In this document: positions 39,249 to 48,259 of the stretch, one piece after another
How positions within the stretch are numbered: the stretch's first letter is position 1
Layout of the letters: every line of letters begins with the position of its first letter
Assembly (NCBI GenBank): GCA_934457145.1
Contig: CAKSHP010000007.1
Location: 5,162 to 69,161 of the forward strand
Direction of reading: 5' to 3'
DNA: 64,000 nt
DNA from: an uncultured Clostridia bacterium
Lineage (GTDB): Bacteria > Bacillota > Clostridia > UBA1381 > UMGS1253
Notes under the pieces: generated by a model
What the model saw: the letters and a program-made list of their open reading frames with translations, nothing else
Database searches by the model: none
Told to the model about the DNA's origin: nothing
Position numbers and translations under genes: made by a program

Positions 39249-40181
39249 TTATCTCCTTTCCGCAATTTTGCGCATATCCGCAAACGAATCAAAAATTCCG
39301 GTAACGGTCATTGCCGGCGAAAACACAAGCGCCGCAAAAACAAGCATAACATACATTAAAACCTTTTTTGCCCCGCTCTGCTTTTCTATAATAAATGCAA
39401 ACAGGCTTATTGCGCTCACATAATAAAAAATCATTATAAGAAAGAGCATGCAAAGCGCCGACGCACACACAACAACATTGTTCTTCGCCGCAAACATATA
39501 CACCAAAAACGAAACTGTCATAACCGCCGCACACATCTTGTCTGCCTTTATTTTCGTAAACGGCGCAATATAATCACACATTCCGCTCTTTAGCTTTTTT
39601 TCAATTTTCTTAACCACAGCCACGCAGACATACGAATACACACACGCCGCCGTAATTGCCGCAGCCGGCACCATACTCATAAACACAATATCAACTATCT
39701 GACTTATCTGACCCGTTGTGTACATATCCGCCGCGCCGCTTTGCTTTATAACATTTAAAACCTCGCTGCTTGCCGCGTCCGTAACCGCTCTTAAATCCGC
39801 CGGGCGCATTCCGTTTATGTCAAACGTCTGCCCGATTGCCAGCAAAATCATAACGGACACAAATATCCCCAGACAGCCGTATGCAACAATATACACAAGG
39901 CTTTTTTTGCCCCTTATCGCAAAATTTACTGAAAAAGCGCTCATGCATATAATAATGCCTCCGACATAACTAAACGATAAATTCACAAGACTGTCGGCCG
40001 CAAAAGCCAAAATTATGCTCACAATTATTGCCGCCTTGTTTGACTTTAACATACAGCAGCACACAGCCGCCGACGCACACGCCATACCTAAAATGTCAAA
40101 TCCGAACACCCCGAAAACCATCATCGACAGCAGCAAAAATGCATTAATCGCAAAAAATTCTTTATAGTTTTTATTATCCAT
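39249..40181 (-). CDS. DUF2232 (YybS-like) integral membrane protein
   Basis: 310-aa polytopic membrane protein immediately upstream of gdpP, as in Bacillus yybS-yybT. Confidence 0.7.
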   Translation of the reverse strand: MDNKNYKEFFAINAFLLLSMMVFGVFGFDILGMACASAAVCCCMLKSNKAAIIVSIILAFAADSLVNLSFSYVGGIIICMSAFSVNFAIRGKKSLVYIVAYGCLGIFVSVMILLAIGQTFDINGMRPADLRAVTDAASSEVLNVIKQSGAADMYTTGQISQIVDIVFMSMVPAAAITAACVYSYVCVAVVKKIEKKLKSGMCDYIAPFTKIKADKMCAAVMTVSFLVYMFAAKNNVVVCASALCMLFLIMIFYYVSAISLFAFIIEKQSGAKKVLMYVMLVFAALVFSPAMTVTGIFDSFADMRKIAERR

Positions 40182-40255
40182 AAATTATAACCTCTGTCCC
40201 GGCGCAGTTTTTTATGCGCCCAAGTCCTGCTTTTCCATAATTATACGTATTATAT

Positions 40256-40285
40256 ATTGTACCACACCGCAAGGCAAAATGTCAA
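40256..40285 (-). promoter_or_regulatory. Sigma-A promoter for the yybS-gdpP-rplI-dnaB operon
   Basis: The minus strand reads TTGACA, an 18-nt spacer, then TGgTACAAT (extended -10). Confidence 0.55.
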
Positions 40286-40346
40286 CTGTTTATTAAAGGT
40301 TTGCCCGCAGCTTAGAAAAATCTTTTGTTTTTCATTTTAAAAACGC

Positions 40347-40375
40347 TTGATATTGTTTTTGCTTTGTGCTATAAT
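40347..40375 (+). promoter_or_regulatory. Sigma-A promoter upstream of the DUF1273 leader
   Basis: TTGATA, a 17-nt spacer, then TATAAT. Confidence 0.6.
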
Positions 40376-40484
40376 AGCCTCACCGCCGATTTTACTTAAT
40401 ACCAAAATAAAATTCATTTGAAATTCTGTGTTATTGTAAAATTGTGTGGCAGCATTTTTTAAGCAAAGTCCGTGCGTTTTTTGC

Positions 40485-40520
40485 GTGCGGCACGTTTTTT
40501 ATCTGCCGCACATTTTTTTA
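40485..40520 (+). terminator. Intrinsic terminator-like hairpin inside the DUF1273 5' leader
   Basis: GTGCGGCA-11 nt loop-TGCCGCAC followed by ATTTTTTTA. It ends 22 nt before the ATG at 40543. Confidence 0.55.
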
Positions 40521-40542
40521 TCACAAAGGAAGCCACAAAATT

Positions 40543-41034
40543 ATGGACATAATAAATAACACCCTTCACCGCTGCTGCTTCACCGGTCACCGTCCCGAAA
40601 AATTAACCGTGTCCGAAAGCGAGGCAAAAGCGCTTTTAAAAAAAGAAATAAAAAATTCAATAGACAGCGGCTTTAACTGCTTTATCTGCGGAATGTCAAG
40701 AGGAATTGACCTATGGGCAGGGCAAATCGTTTTAAACTTTAAAAAGGAAAACGAAAATATAAAGCTTATATGCGCCTCACCGTTTTTCGGTTTTGAAAGG
40801 CGCTGGAGCGCATGTGACAAACGGCTTTATAACGAAATTCTAAACAGTGCCGACCTTGTAAAATTTGTCTGCCGTCACTACTATGCCGGCTGTTTTCAAA
40901 TAAGAAACCGCTACATGGTCGACAACTGCTCAAAAGTTATCGCAGCCTACAGCGGCGCCCCCGGCGGCACCAAGAACACCATTAACTACGCACTTTCAAA
41001 AAATATAGAGGTTGTAAACATTTTAGATATGTAG
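40543..41034 (+). CDS. DUF1273 / YpsA-like SLOG-family protein
   Basis: MDIINNTLHRCCFTGHRPEKL...GMSRGIDLWAGQ matches the DUF1273 pattern. RBS AAAGGAAG. The 196-aa track ORF extension reads through the leader and is rejected. Confidence 0.75.
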   Translation: MDIINNTLHRCCFTGHRPEKLTVSESEAKALLKKEIKNSIDSGFNCFICGMSRGIDLWAGQIVLNFKKENENIKLICASPFFGFERRWSACDKRLYNEILNSADLVKFVCRHYYAGCFQIRNRYMVDNCSKVIAAYSGAPGGTKNTINYALSKNIEVVNILDM

Positions 41035-41035
41035 T

Positions 41036-41079
41036 AAAAAAGTGCTGTTTTGCGCGAATTGCGCAAAACAGCACTTTTT
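41036..41079. terminator. Bidirectional intrinsic terminator
   Basis: AAAAAGTGCTGTTTTGCGC-GAAT-TGCGCAAAACAGCACTTTTT, a near-perfect 19-bp hairpin. Confidence 0.8.
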
Positions 41080-41080
41080 A

Positions 41081-42640
41081 TTATTTATATATAATTATTT
41101 CCTTTATCGCATTCCAGTTGCTCTTTGAATTTCCGTTACATTCTATCTTCACATAACGCGCCTTTTTGCCCTCTCCGAACGAAACATCCTCATATCCGGC
41201 ATTTGTTCCGCTCGTCTGCCCGTCATATACAAGCTCGAAATTCTGATTGTCGTCTGATAAATAAACCTTGTAATATGCAATTCTTTCATTGCCCTTGTTC
41301 CACATAACGGACGCCTTTGAAACATCTTTTACCTCGCCCAAATCATATGTTATCCATTTTCCTTTTCCCTCGCATGACCAAACGGTGTTTTCATCTCCGT
41401 CATAAGAGAAAAATCCAAACTCATCTGCCGCAAACTGATAATCATTAAAATAATCGTCCTTTATTTCCCATGCACCCTCAGGCACAGTCTGCTTTTTAAC
41501 GTCTGTGATAATGCTTGCCGTTTTCATATCCTGATTCCAGTAAACAAAGCATCCCAGGCTTTCGGAAATAAATCTTAAAGGCACTAAAAATCTGTTGTCT
41601 TTCAGCATGGGCGCAACGTCGGTTTCCGCTTTGCTGCCGTTTATATACGCAGTGTTTGAATTGTTTGTTATTTTTATTTCAATGCCGTCCTTCTTTGCGG
41701 TTGCCATCTGCGTATCCGCATCATAGTCAACATCTGCATTCAAAAGCTCAAATATTTTTCTAAACGGCACCATTATCCTGTCATTTGAAAGCTCGGGTGC
41801 CGTATCAAAATCAACATATTCTTTGTTAAGCTTAACCTCAATCGGCATCTCTTTATACAAAGGCTCGCTCAAAGGCGCCAAAGACCCTTCGGCATACTCT
41901 GTCGGCGTTTTAAACTCGCAGCCGTCGTCTTTTAAAAGCGCAATAATTTTTTCAAATTCCGCATAGTCTTCATCGGTCCATGCCGAAGGGTGTCCCTGCA
42001 AAACAAGATAATCGCGGTCAGTCTTTTGCTTATATTCTGCCTTAAAATCTTCAAACTTTGAAACAACCCCCGTTGCCGACTCAAGCTTTGCGCTCTCCGA
42101 TAAATACTTTGCGTTCGGGTTTTTGTTTTCCTTATCGGTTGCAAGCATAACCACCTTTATTTCCGGGAAGTTTTCAGCTAACATCTGCTGCGTAACCAAA
42201 GTTGAATTGTTATAAGGCGAACCGAATGCCGTAACGGTTATTCCGCAATAATCCTTTAAAATTTTCTGTGCCTTGCCGAAATCTATTGCCTGCTGCTCAG
42301 CACTGTTTGTTGAAAACTCCTCGCGCGCATGATAATATCCGTGGTTCCAGATTTCAACGCCTTCTTCATACCACGACCTCACTCTTTCATAATACGAATA
42401 AGGCGTCCCCCTGTCCAGCCTTGACACTATAATGCCAACCGAACACTTAACCTCAAGCTTTTTGCACTCGTCTATAATTTTTTGAAATCCCTCGATATTT
42501 GACGCACCCATATCGTCAAACTTTAAAATTATAACCGGTCTTTTCGTTTCGGTTTTTTCGCCTTCTTCGGCAAAAGCCACAAAGGAAAAACCGCACATAA
42601 TAACACACACCGCCAAAATAACACTTAAAATCTTTTTCAC
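41081..42640 (-). CDS. Secreted multidomain protein: polysaccharide-deacetylase-like domain + 2x copper-amine-oxidase-N-like repeats + F5/8 type C (discoidin) domain
   Basis: Signal peptide. VIILKFDDMG..WNHGYYH region. NDRIMVPFRKIFELLNA and DNRFLVPLRFISESLGC repeats. C-terminal discoidin-like ARYVKIECNGNSKSNWNAIKEI. Confidence 0.6.
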   Translation of the reverse strand: MKKILSVILAVCVIMCGFSFVAFAEEGEKTETKRPVIILKFDDMGASNIEGFQKIIDECKKLEVKCSVGIIVSRLDRGTPYSYYERVRSWYEEGVEIWNHGYYHAREEFSTNSAEQQAIDFGKAQKILKDYCGITVTAFGSPYNNSTLVTQQMLAENFPEIKVVMLATDKENKNPNAKYLSESAKLESATGVVSKFEDFKAEYKQKTDRDYLVLQGHPSAWTDEDYAEFEKIIALLKDDGCEFKTPTEYAEGSLAPLSEPLYKEMPIEVKLNKEYVDFDTAPELSNDRIMVPFRKIFELLNADVDYDADTQMATAKKDGIEIKITNNSNTAYINGSKAETDVAPMLKDNRFLVPLRFISESLGCFVYWNQDMKTASIITDVKKQTVPEGAWEIKDDYFNDYQFAADEFGFFSYDGDENTVWSCEGKGKWITYDLGEVKDVSKASVMWNKGNERIAYYKVYLSDDNQNFELVYDGQTSGTNAGYEDVSFGEGKKARYVKIECNGNSKSNWNAIKEIIIYK

Positions 42641-42655
42641 ACTAACCTCTCCTTT

Positions 42656-43420
42656 TTATTTTTTTATAAAATTAACAAACCTTTCCAAAACGCTTTCAAT
42701 GCGGTTGTCGCAATTTTCAAGCTCTTTTCTTGACGCCCCCTCCCATTCCGCACTTATATATGCATTATAATTATTTTCCTTTAAAATCTTCAAAACCTCC
42801 CTTACAGGCACTTCTCCTTCGCCGAAATCCGTGTAATCAAAGTCATGCTTTTGTAAATTGCGGCTTTTCTTTCCGTCCTTAATATGAACATGCGCCACGT
42901 ATTTGCCTATGTATTCCCATGTTTTTCTGACAGGCTCACCGTCTTCAAAAGGATGCATAACGTCCCATATAACAAAAACATTGTCTCTTTTAACATCGCA
43001 AAGAAGCTTTTTCAGCATCTCGCCCGTCGAAAATTCGTTATGCGTTTCAATCCATATCTGTTTTTTTGTACTATCGGCAATTTCTCTTATTGCCATAACA
43101 ATTCCGTCATAATCAAGCTTGTCTTTCTTTTCATTTTTCATAACCGCAAAGTTTCCCAAAAATATGCGTATCGCCTTAACGGAGGTGTCTTTTATTTTTT
43201 CCAAAACCTCTTTTGCCGCAGATATCTGATTTTTGTCATAGCCTTTAAGGCAAACCCCCGTGCCGATATCCGTTATGTTTAATTTTTCATCATAAACAAA
43301 CGAGCCGTCCTTTTTCTGCCTTATTTCAACAGCATCAAGCCCGAATTTATCGCAAAGCTCCTTTAGCTTTTTTGCATCGCAGTCCATGCATGCAAGCGTT
43401 GAAAAACAAAGTTTATACAT
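42656..43420 (-). CDS. Sugar-phosphate isomerase/epimerase (xylose-isomerase-like TIM barrel)
   Basis: 254 aa. WIETHNEF, VWDVMHP and HIKD segments are typical of AP-endonuclease-2/TIM-barrel family members. Confidence 0.65.
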   Translation of the reverse strand: MYKLCFSTLACMDCDAKKLKELCDKFGLDAVEIRQKKDGSFVYDEKLNITDIGTGVCLKGYDKNQISAAKEVLEKIKDTSVKAIRIFLGNFAVMKNEKKDKLDYDGIVMAIREIADSTKKQIWIETHNEFSTGEMLKKLLCDVKRDNVFVIWDVMHPFEDGEPVRKTWEYIGKYVAHVHIKDGKKSRNLQKHDFDYTDFGEGEVPVREVLKILKENNYNAYISAEWEGASRKELENCDNRIESVLERFVNFIKK

Positions 43421-43424
43421 TTTC

Positions 43425-44426
43425 TCATCCTCCCACTGTCATCCTTTTTGCATATTCTCCGCTTATCTCAAGAGGCGTTATTTTCCCGTCTTTTGCTTCA
43501 AGCAAATTATCCGCAAGCTTTATCGTAATATACTGTCTTAAATCAATCGTCGGTCCCGCCATATGCGGCATCGGATACACGTTTTCCATCCTTCTGAGCG
43601 GACTGTCTTTTTGCAGCGGCTCATTTTCATAAACATCTAAAACCGCGTCGAACCGGTTCTTTTCAAGCTCGCAAATCAAAGCCTTTTCGTCAACAATTCT
43701 TCCCCTTGCAGTATTTATAAAAAGCGCGCCGTCTTTTATTTTTCTTAGCTGCTCTTTTCCTATCATGCCTTTTGTTTTTTCGTTTAAAGCGCTGTGCAGA
43801 CTGACAACGTCACATTTTAAAGCTTCATCTAAGCTAACCTGACTTGCATTATACCTTTCTAAAAAATCTTTGTCTATCGCATGCGAAGAATAAATTTTTA
43901 TCTTTGCATCAAACGGCGCCAGTTTTTGCACCAAATGCCTTGCAATTGCCCCAAAGCCTATAATTCCGACGTTTCTTTTCAAAAGTCCTTTTGTATAATC
44001 TCCGCTTTGCGCCCAGCCGCCGTTTTTAACTTTTTTTATGTAGTCCGGCGCGCGCCTCAGCCCCATAAGAATATACATTACCGTTCCTTCTGCCACGGAC
44101 TGCGCATATATCTCATTTCCGCTGAAAACCCTGACGCCTTTCTGATACACCTCCTGCGAAACCAGGCTCGCAACGCTTCCGCCCGTATGCGCTATATATT
44201 TTACAAAAGTATCTTTTAGCATATCCTGCGTAATAAAAGCATGTCCCCAGCCCGTTATAACCGCATCGCAACCGCAAACCGCCTCTCTAAAGCTCTCTTC
44301 TGCAAGCTGTTTTTCGCCTTTTAAATAAGAAACCTCAAATCTTTTTTCAAGATACTTTCTTGCATCTTTGTCAATAAATGTATTAAAAACATCCGACTTT
44401 TCCGGTATCGAAACAAACACTTTCAT
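43425..44426 (-). CDS. D-isomer-specific 2-hydroxyacid dehydrogenase family protein
   Basis: GIIGFGAIARHL NAD-binding motif, INTARGRIVDE, and the His in MPHMAG. The start overlaps the kinase stop (ATGA). Confidence 0.8.
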   Translation of the reverse strand: MKVFVSIPEKSDVFNTFIDKDARKYLEKRFEVSYLKGEKQLAEESFREAVCGCDAVITGWGHAFITQDMLKDTFVKYIAHTGGSVASLVSQEVYQKGVRVFSGNEIYAQSVAEGTVMYILMGLRRAPDYIKKVKNGGWAQSGDYTKGLLKRNVGIIGFGAIARHLVQKLAPFDAKIKIYSSHAIDKDFLERYNASQVSLDEALKCDVVSLHSALNEKTKGMIGKEQLRKIKDGALFINTARGRIVDEKALICELEKNRFDAVLDVYENEPLQKDSPLRRMENVYPMPHMAGPTIDLRQYITIKLADNLLEAKDGKITPLEISGEYAKRMTVGG

Positions 44427-46057
44427 TTTTTATCTCCTCCGAACCAAACGTTAAAACGGCTGCCGCCGTCTATCCCCTCGCCAACGCTTATTTTTGCGCC
44501 GTTAAGCATTGCAATGTGTTTTACAATCGAAAGTCCCAGGCCGCTTCCGCCGATTTTTTTCGACCTGCTCTTATCGGCTCTGTAAAACCTTTCAAATATT
44601 CTTTCATAATCCGCTTTGTCAATTCCTATTCCGCTGTCTGCAACATAAAAGCCGTTCGGATAAACATTTATTATAACGCTTCCGTTTTCTTTGTTATACT
44701 TAACCGCATTTTCCAATAAATTATACATCATCTCTTTTATCTGCGAGCGGTTTGCCCAAACAAAAAACTCTTCTCCGCTGACCGTTACCGAAACGTTCTT
44801 TTTACCTGCAATATCTTTTATTTGCTCTGCCGTTTCCTTCGCCGTCTTAAAAAGCGCCACCTTTTCCTTTTCGGTTTCAAAACCGCCGCCCTCGTCAAGC
44901 TTTGAAAGCTCTGTAATGTCTTTAACAAGCTCAATCATGCGCCTTGTTTCCGTCTCTGCTTTTTGTGTAAATTCTCTTTCGGCGTCTTCTTTTACCATGC
45001 CGTTGTTTATAAGCTGCAAATAGCCGAGTATTGATGTTAGCGGCGTCCGAAGTTCGTGCGACACATTTGCGCAAAACTCCCGGCGCACTGTTTCTGCCTT
45101 GTATTTATCATCAATATCAACAAAAATCATAACCGCGCCTATACATCCGCCGCCATCTTCCGTCACGGGCGAAAAAAGCACTTCATACATCTTTTCGTCT
45201 ATTTTTAAAACCGAGGTTTTCGCCTCGTTTTTCATAACACACTCAAAATCATTTTTCAAAGCATCGTTTTTTGAAACATCAAAAAAGTTTTTGTTTTTTT
45301 CCCCGTTTATTTTAAATATCTGTTCGCATTTTTCGTTAATTAAAACGACGTTTGCGCTCCTGTCAAGCACCAAAAGCCCCTCATTCATGCTTTTTGCAAT
45401 AAATTTAAGCTGAAGCTTCTGCGCAGACAAACGGCTTTTTTGTCCCTGGATTTTCTTTGTCTGCGTGTTTATTTTGTCCGCCGCAGCCGAAAGCTCGCTG
45501 TATTCTGCGCGGCCGTCTGCCAGCTCGCCTACCGGGCGCACAATCCCCGCCGCCGCCTTGACTGCAATTATCATTGATAACAAATAAACCAAAAACACAA
45601 TTATAAACGCCGGCAATGCAAATGCAAAAAAGTCTTTCCAAACCTCCGAAAAATTCCGGCTCACTCTCACAATCCGCCCGTCATTAAGCTTTATTGCGCA
45701 GTAATACACCTTTGATTTAACAGTTTGCGAATATCTTGCCGCCTCGCCGATGTTATTTTGATTTGCCATCGCTATTTCCGGTCTGTTGCTGTGGTCGCCG
45801 GCAGCATTGCTCGTGTCGTAAACAACGTTTCCGCTTTGGTCGATTATGCTTATGCGCCAGTCGTGGCGCGCGTCACTTTGCGGAATTTCGCCGGGATTTT
45901 CGTTTAAAAACTGCTCTGCCATGTATGCCATCTGCCGCACACTGTTTTTAAAATCAGAGCTTTTGCTTGTATATGTAAGAGCCGTGACCGCCAAAAACGT
46001 CACTGCAAGAGAAAGAAAAGTCGCAAAACAAATCGTAGCATATATTTTTTTATACAT
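44423..46057 (-). CDS. Sensor histidine kinase (PhoR-like architecture)
   Basis: Two TM segments, the H-box HELRTPLTSILGY, an N-box, and the G2 box GSGLGLSIV. Confidence 0.88.
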   Translation of the reverse strand: MYKKIYATICFATFLSLAVTFLAVTALTYTSKSSDFKNSVRQMAYMAEQFLNENPGEIPQSDARHDWRISIIDQSGNVVYDTSNAAGDHSNRPEIAMANQNNIGEAARYSQTVKSKVYYCAIKLNDGRIVRVSRNFSEVWKDFFAFALPAFIIVFLVYLLSMIIAVKAAAGIVRPVGELADGRAEYSELSAAADKINTQTKKIQGQKSRLSAQKLQLKFIAKSMNEGLLVLDRSANVVLINEKCEQIFKINGEKNKNFFDVSKNDALKNDFECVMKNEAKTSVLKIDEKMYEVLFSPVTEDGGGCIGAVMIFVDIDDKYKAETVRREFCANVSHELRTPLTSILGYLQLINNGMVKEDAEREFTQKAETETRRMIELVKDITELSKLDEGGGFETEKEKVALFKTAKETAEQIKDIAGKKNVSVTVSGEEFFVWANRSQIKEMMYNLLENAVKYNKENGSVIINVYPNGFYVADSGIGIDKADYERIFERFYRADKSRSKKIGGSGLGLSIVKHIAMLNGAKISVGEGIDGGSRFNVWFGGDKK

Positions 46058-46074
46058 ACTCCAAACCTCTCTTT

Positions 46075-46749
46075 CTACTCAACAGTATAGCCAACGTTTC
46101 TTATGGTCTTAACATAGTCTGCACATTCTTCAAGCTTTTTTCTGAGCGTTCTGATATGCACATCAACCGTTCTCGTTTCGCCCTCAAAATCAGTTGCCCA
46201 GACAATGCTCATGATCTTGTCTCTTGAAAATATTTTCCCTTTGTTTTTGGCAAGCAGATATAAAAGTTCAAATTCTTTATATGTAAGGCTTATTTCCCTG
46301 TTTAAAACATAAACCTTTCTTTTTGAATAATCAATCTCCAAATCCCTTATTTTTATCACTTCGCCGGCAGCGTCCTTTGTTTTGCCGCGCCTTAAAACTG
46401 CCTTTATTCTCGACGTAAGCTCCAAAATGTCAAACGGCTTTGTAACATAATCGTCCGCTCCGCTGTCAAGACCTTTTATCTTGTCCATTCTCTCTGCCTT
46501 AGCCGTAAGCATTATAACGAAAATATCCTTTGTCTGCGGATTTGTTTTAAGTGTTCTTAAAATCTCATACCCATCCATATCGGGAAGCATAATATCCAAA
46601 AGTATAAGATCGCATTTTTCTTTTCGCAAAGCTTCAAAAAGCTGTTTTCCGCTTTCAAAACCTTTTGCCTCAAACTGCACTGTATTTAAAGCATACACCG
46701 TAAGCTCCCTTATGCTGTCGTCGTCTTCAACGCAAAAAATCTTCTCCAT
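46075..46749 (-). CDS. OmpR/PhoB-family response regulator
   Basis: DLILLDIMLPDMDG receiver domain. C-terminal winged helix with TVDVHIRTLRKKL and RNVGY. Confidence 0.9.
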   Translation of the reverse strand: MEKIFCVEDDDSIRELTVYALNTVQFEAKGFESGKQLFEALRKEKCDLILLDIMLPDMDGYEILRTLKTNPQTKDIFVIMLTAKAERMDKIKGLDSGADDYVTKPFDILELTSRIKAVLRRGKTKDAAGEVIKIRDLEIDYSKRKVYVLNREISLTYKEFELLYLLAKNKGKIFSRDKIMSIVWATDFEGETRTVDVHIRTLRKKLEECADYVKTIRNVGYTVE

Positions 46750-46827
46750 ATCCGTCTGCCCCCCTTTTTGTTAATTTTAGTTTACCATTTATTTACCTTG
46801 CTGTCAATCAAATAATTATCAAAAAAA

Positions 46828-46867
46828 GCAATTGTCACCCTAATTTCATTTTTAGGTTGACAATTGC
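46828..46867. promoter_or_regulatory. BirA-type operator (inverted repeat) overlapping the bioY promoter
   Basis: GCAATTGTCACCCTAA-N8-TTAGGTTGACAATTGC: 16-bp arms with 1 mismatch. The core TGTCACC..GGTTGACA resembles the Firmicute BirA box TGTTAACC-N-GGTTAACA. Confidence 0.55.
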
Positions 46868-46885
46868 TTTTAAATGTGATAATAT
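46857..46885 (+). promoter_or_regulatory. Sigma-A promoter of bioY
   Basis: TTGACA, a 17-nt spacer, then TAATAT. The -35 lies in the right arm of the inverted repeat. Confidence 0.6.
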
Positions 46886-46924
46886 AAATATGCTAAATTT
46901 TTATTCTGAAAGGAACTTTTACAA

Positions 46925-47452
46925 ATGAAAACAAAACAGCTCGTTTTATGTGCGCTTTTTTGCGCACTCACAATCATCTTTGCACAGCTAATTATCCCGA
47001 CAACCCCCGTGCAGTTTAGCCTAAGCATACTTCCTGTGCTTCTGTGCGGATTTGTTCTTTCGCCCAAATATGCGTTTTTTACGCAGCTTGCATATATTTT
47101 GCTCGGCGCGGCAGGGCTTCCCGTCTTAGGAAAATTTATGGGCGGACTCGGCGCGCTTTTCGGTCCGACCGGCGGCTATGTTTTAAGCTATCCGTTAATG
47201 GCGCTTGCCTGCTCGTTTATAGCCGGCAAAGCAAACACAAAAAACATTTTTATAAACTTTTTGTGTCAGATTCCATCGCTTTTAATCTGCTACATCGCCG
47301 GCTCTGCCTACCTTGCGTTTAATATGCATACTTCGTTTTACGCAGCCCTGGCGGCAGGTGTTTTTCCGTTTATATTGTTTGATATAATAAAGCTTGCCGT
47401 TTGCTCGCTTGCCGCATCGCTTTTAAAACATCACAAGGCGCTTGCAAATTAA
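46925..47452 (+). CDS. bioY: Biotin transporter BioY (ECF S-component)
   Basis: 175-aa membrane protein; GGLGALFGPTGGYVLSYPL is the BioY signature. Confidence 0.88.
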   Translation: MKTKQLVLCALFCALTIIFAQLIIPTTPVQFSLSILPVLLCGFVLSPKYAFFTQLAYILLGAAGLPVLGKFMGGLGALFGPTGGYVLSYPLMALACSFIAGKANTKNIFINFLCQIPSLLICYIAGSAYLAFNMHTSFYAALAAGVFPFILFDIIKLAVCSLAASLLKHHKALAN

Positions 47453-47589
47453 CAAAAATTTTTTCATTTCTCTTTAAAAAAAGAGCAAACCGATTTTTTC
47501 CGCCGGGTTTGACGCATCTTTACGCCAAGCCCCGCAGCAAAAAAAGTTTGCTCTTTTTTATTTTTGCATATCTTTTAACTTATCCATGC

Positions 47590-48201
47590 TTATTTATATA
47601 TAACCGTGTTTTTTATAATCGGAAAAAGATAATATAATTTTTTTATGTCACATCCCCAAAAGCCCTCAAATTTTGTCCATGTGTGCTCAGTAAAAAAGTT
47701 TAAATGAAGCGCAACTCCCTTTTGATCGGAAAACAGCTTCCTGTGCAGTCTCTGCGAAAAAAACAGTTTTCCGCAGTGCGGCTCAATAATCGTTGATACC
47801 GACGGCACCACGCTCACCTGATGTTTTCCAACTCTGTCCAGTTCCTTTATCACGGCGCAAAGCTTTTCCACAGGCTCAATATGTTCTAAAAGCCCGACCG
47901 TCACAACCAAATCAAAGCTTTTGTCCTCAAACGGCAGATTTGCAGCGTCCGCCTTATAAAAGGTCACATTTTTTTGCTTTATATCGCAGTCGTTTATATC
48001 AACTGCGCTTATCTCATATCTTTCATCATTTGCAAACTGTATAAAATCTTTTCCGTTTGCGCAGCCAACCTCCAAAATCTTAATTTTTTTATCTTTCGGC
48101 AGGTTTGCAAGCTCCATTATTTTTTCAAAACGTCTTTTTTTAAGCGCTGTTGCTCCGCTTCTTTTCCAAACTCCGTAAAAGGGAAGTTTTCCTATTATCA
48201 T
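47590..48201 (-). CDS. Class I SAM-dependent methyltransferase
   Basis: ILEVGCANGKD (motif I) and FDLVVTVGLLEH (post-II/III). Confidence 0.75.
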   Translation of the reverse strand: MIIGKLPFYGVWKRSGATALKKRRFEKIMELANLPKDKKIKILEVGCANGKDFIQFANDERYEISAVDINDCDIKQKNVTFYKADAANLPFEDKSFDLVVTVGLLEHIEPVEKLCAVIKELDRVGKHQVSVVPSVSTIIEPHCGKLFFSQRLHRKLFSDQKGVALHLNFFTEHTWTKFEGFWGCDIKKLYYLFPIIKNTVIYK

Positions 48202-48259
48202 TTAACCTACTCCTCGGTAATTTTATTTGCTTTTTCTTATAACTCCGTATTAAAAAGCA

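Noticed and set aside
40444-40542. N-terminal 33-codon extension of the DUF1273 ORF (track ORF 40444-41034)
   Set aside because: The extension translates the terminator hairpin and T-runs (FFACGTFFICRTFFY). The DUF1273 homology and a proper RBS begin at the ATG at 40543.
43425-44426. Idea that the dehydrogenase next to the PhoR-like kinase is a phosphite dehydrogenase (PtxD)
   Set aside because: Only generic D-2-hydroxyacid dehydrogenase motifs are visible. I could not see PtxD-specific features, and no ptx/phn transporter genes are nearby.
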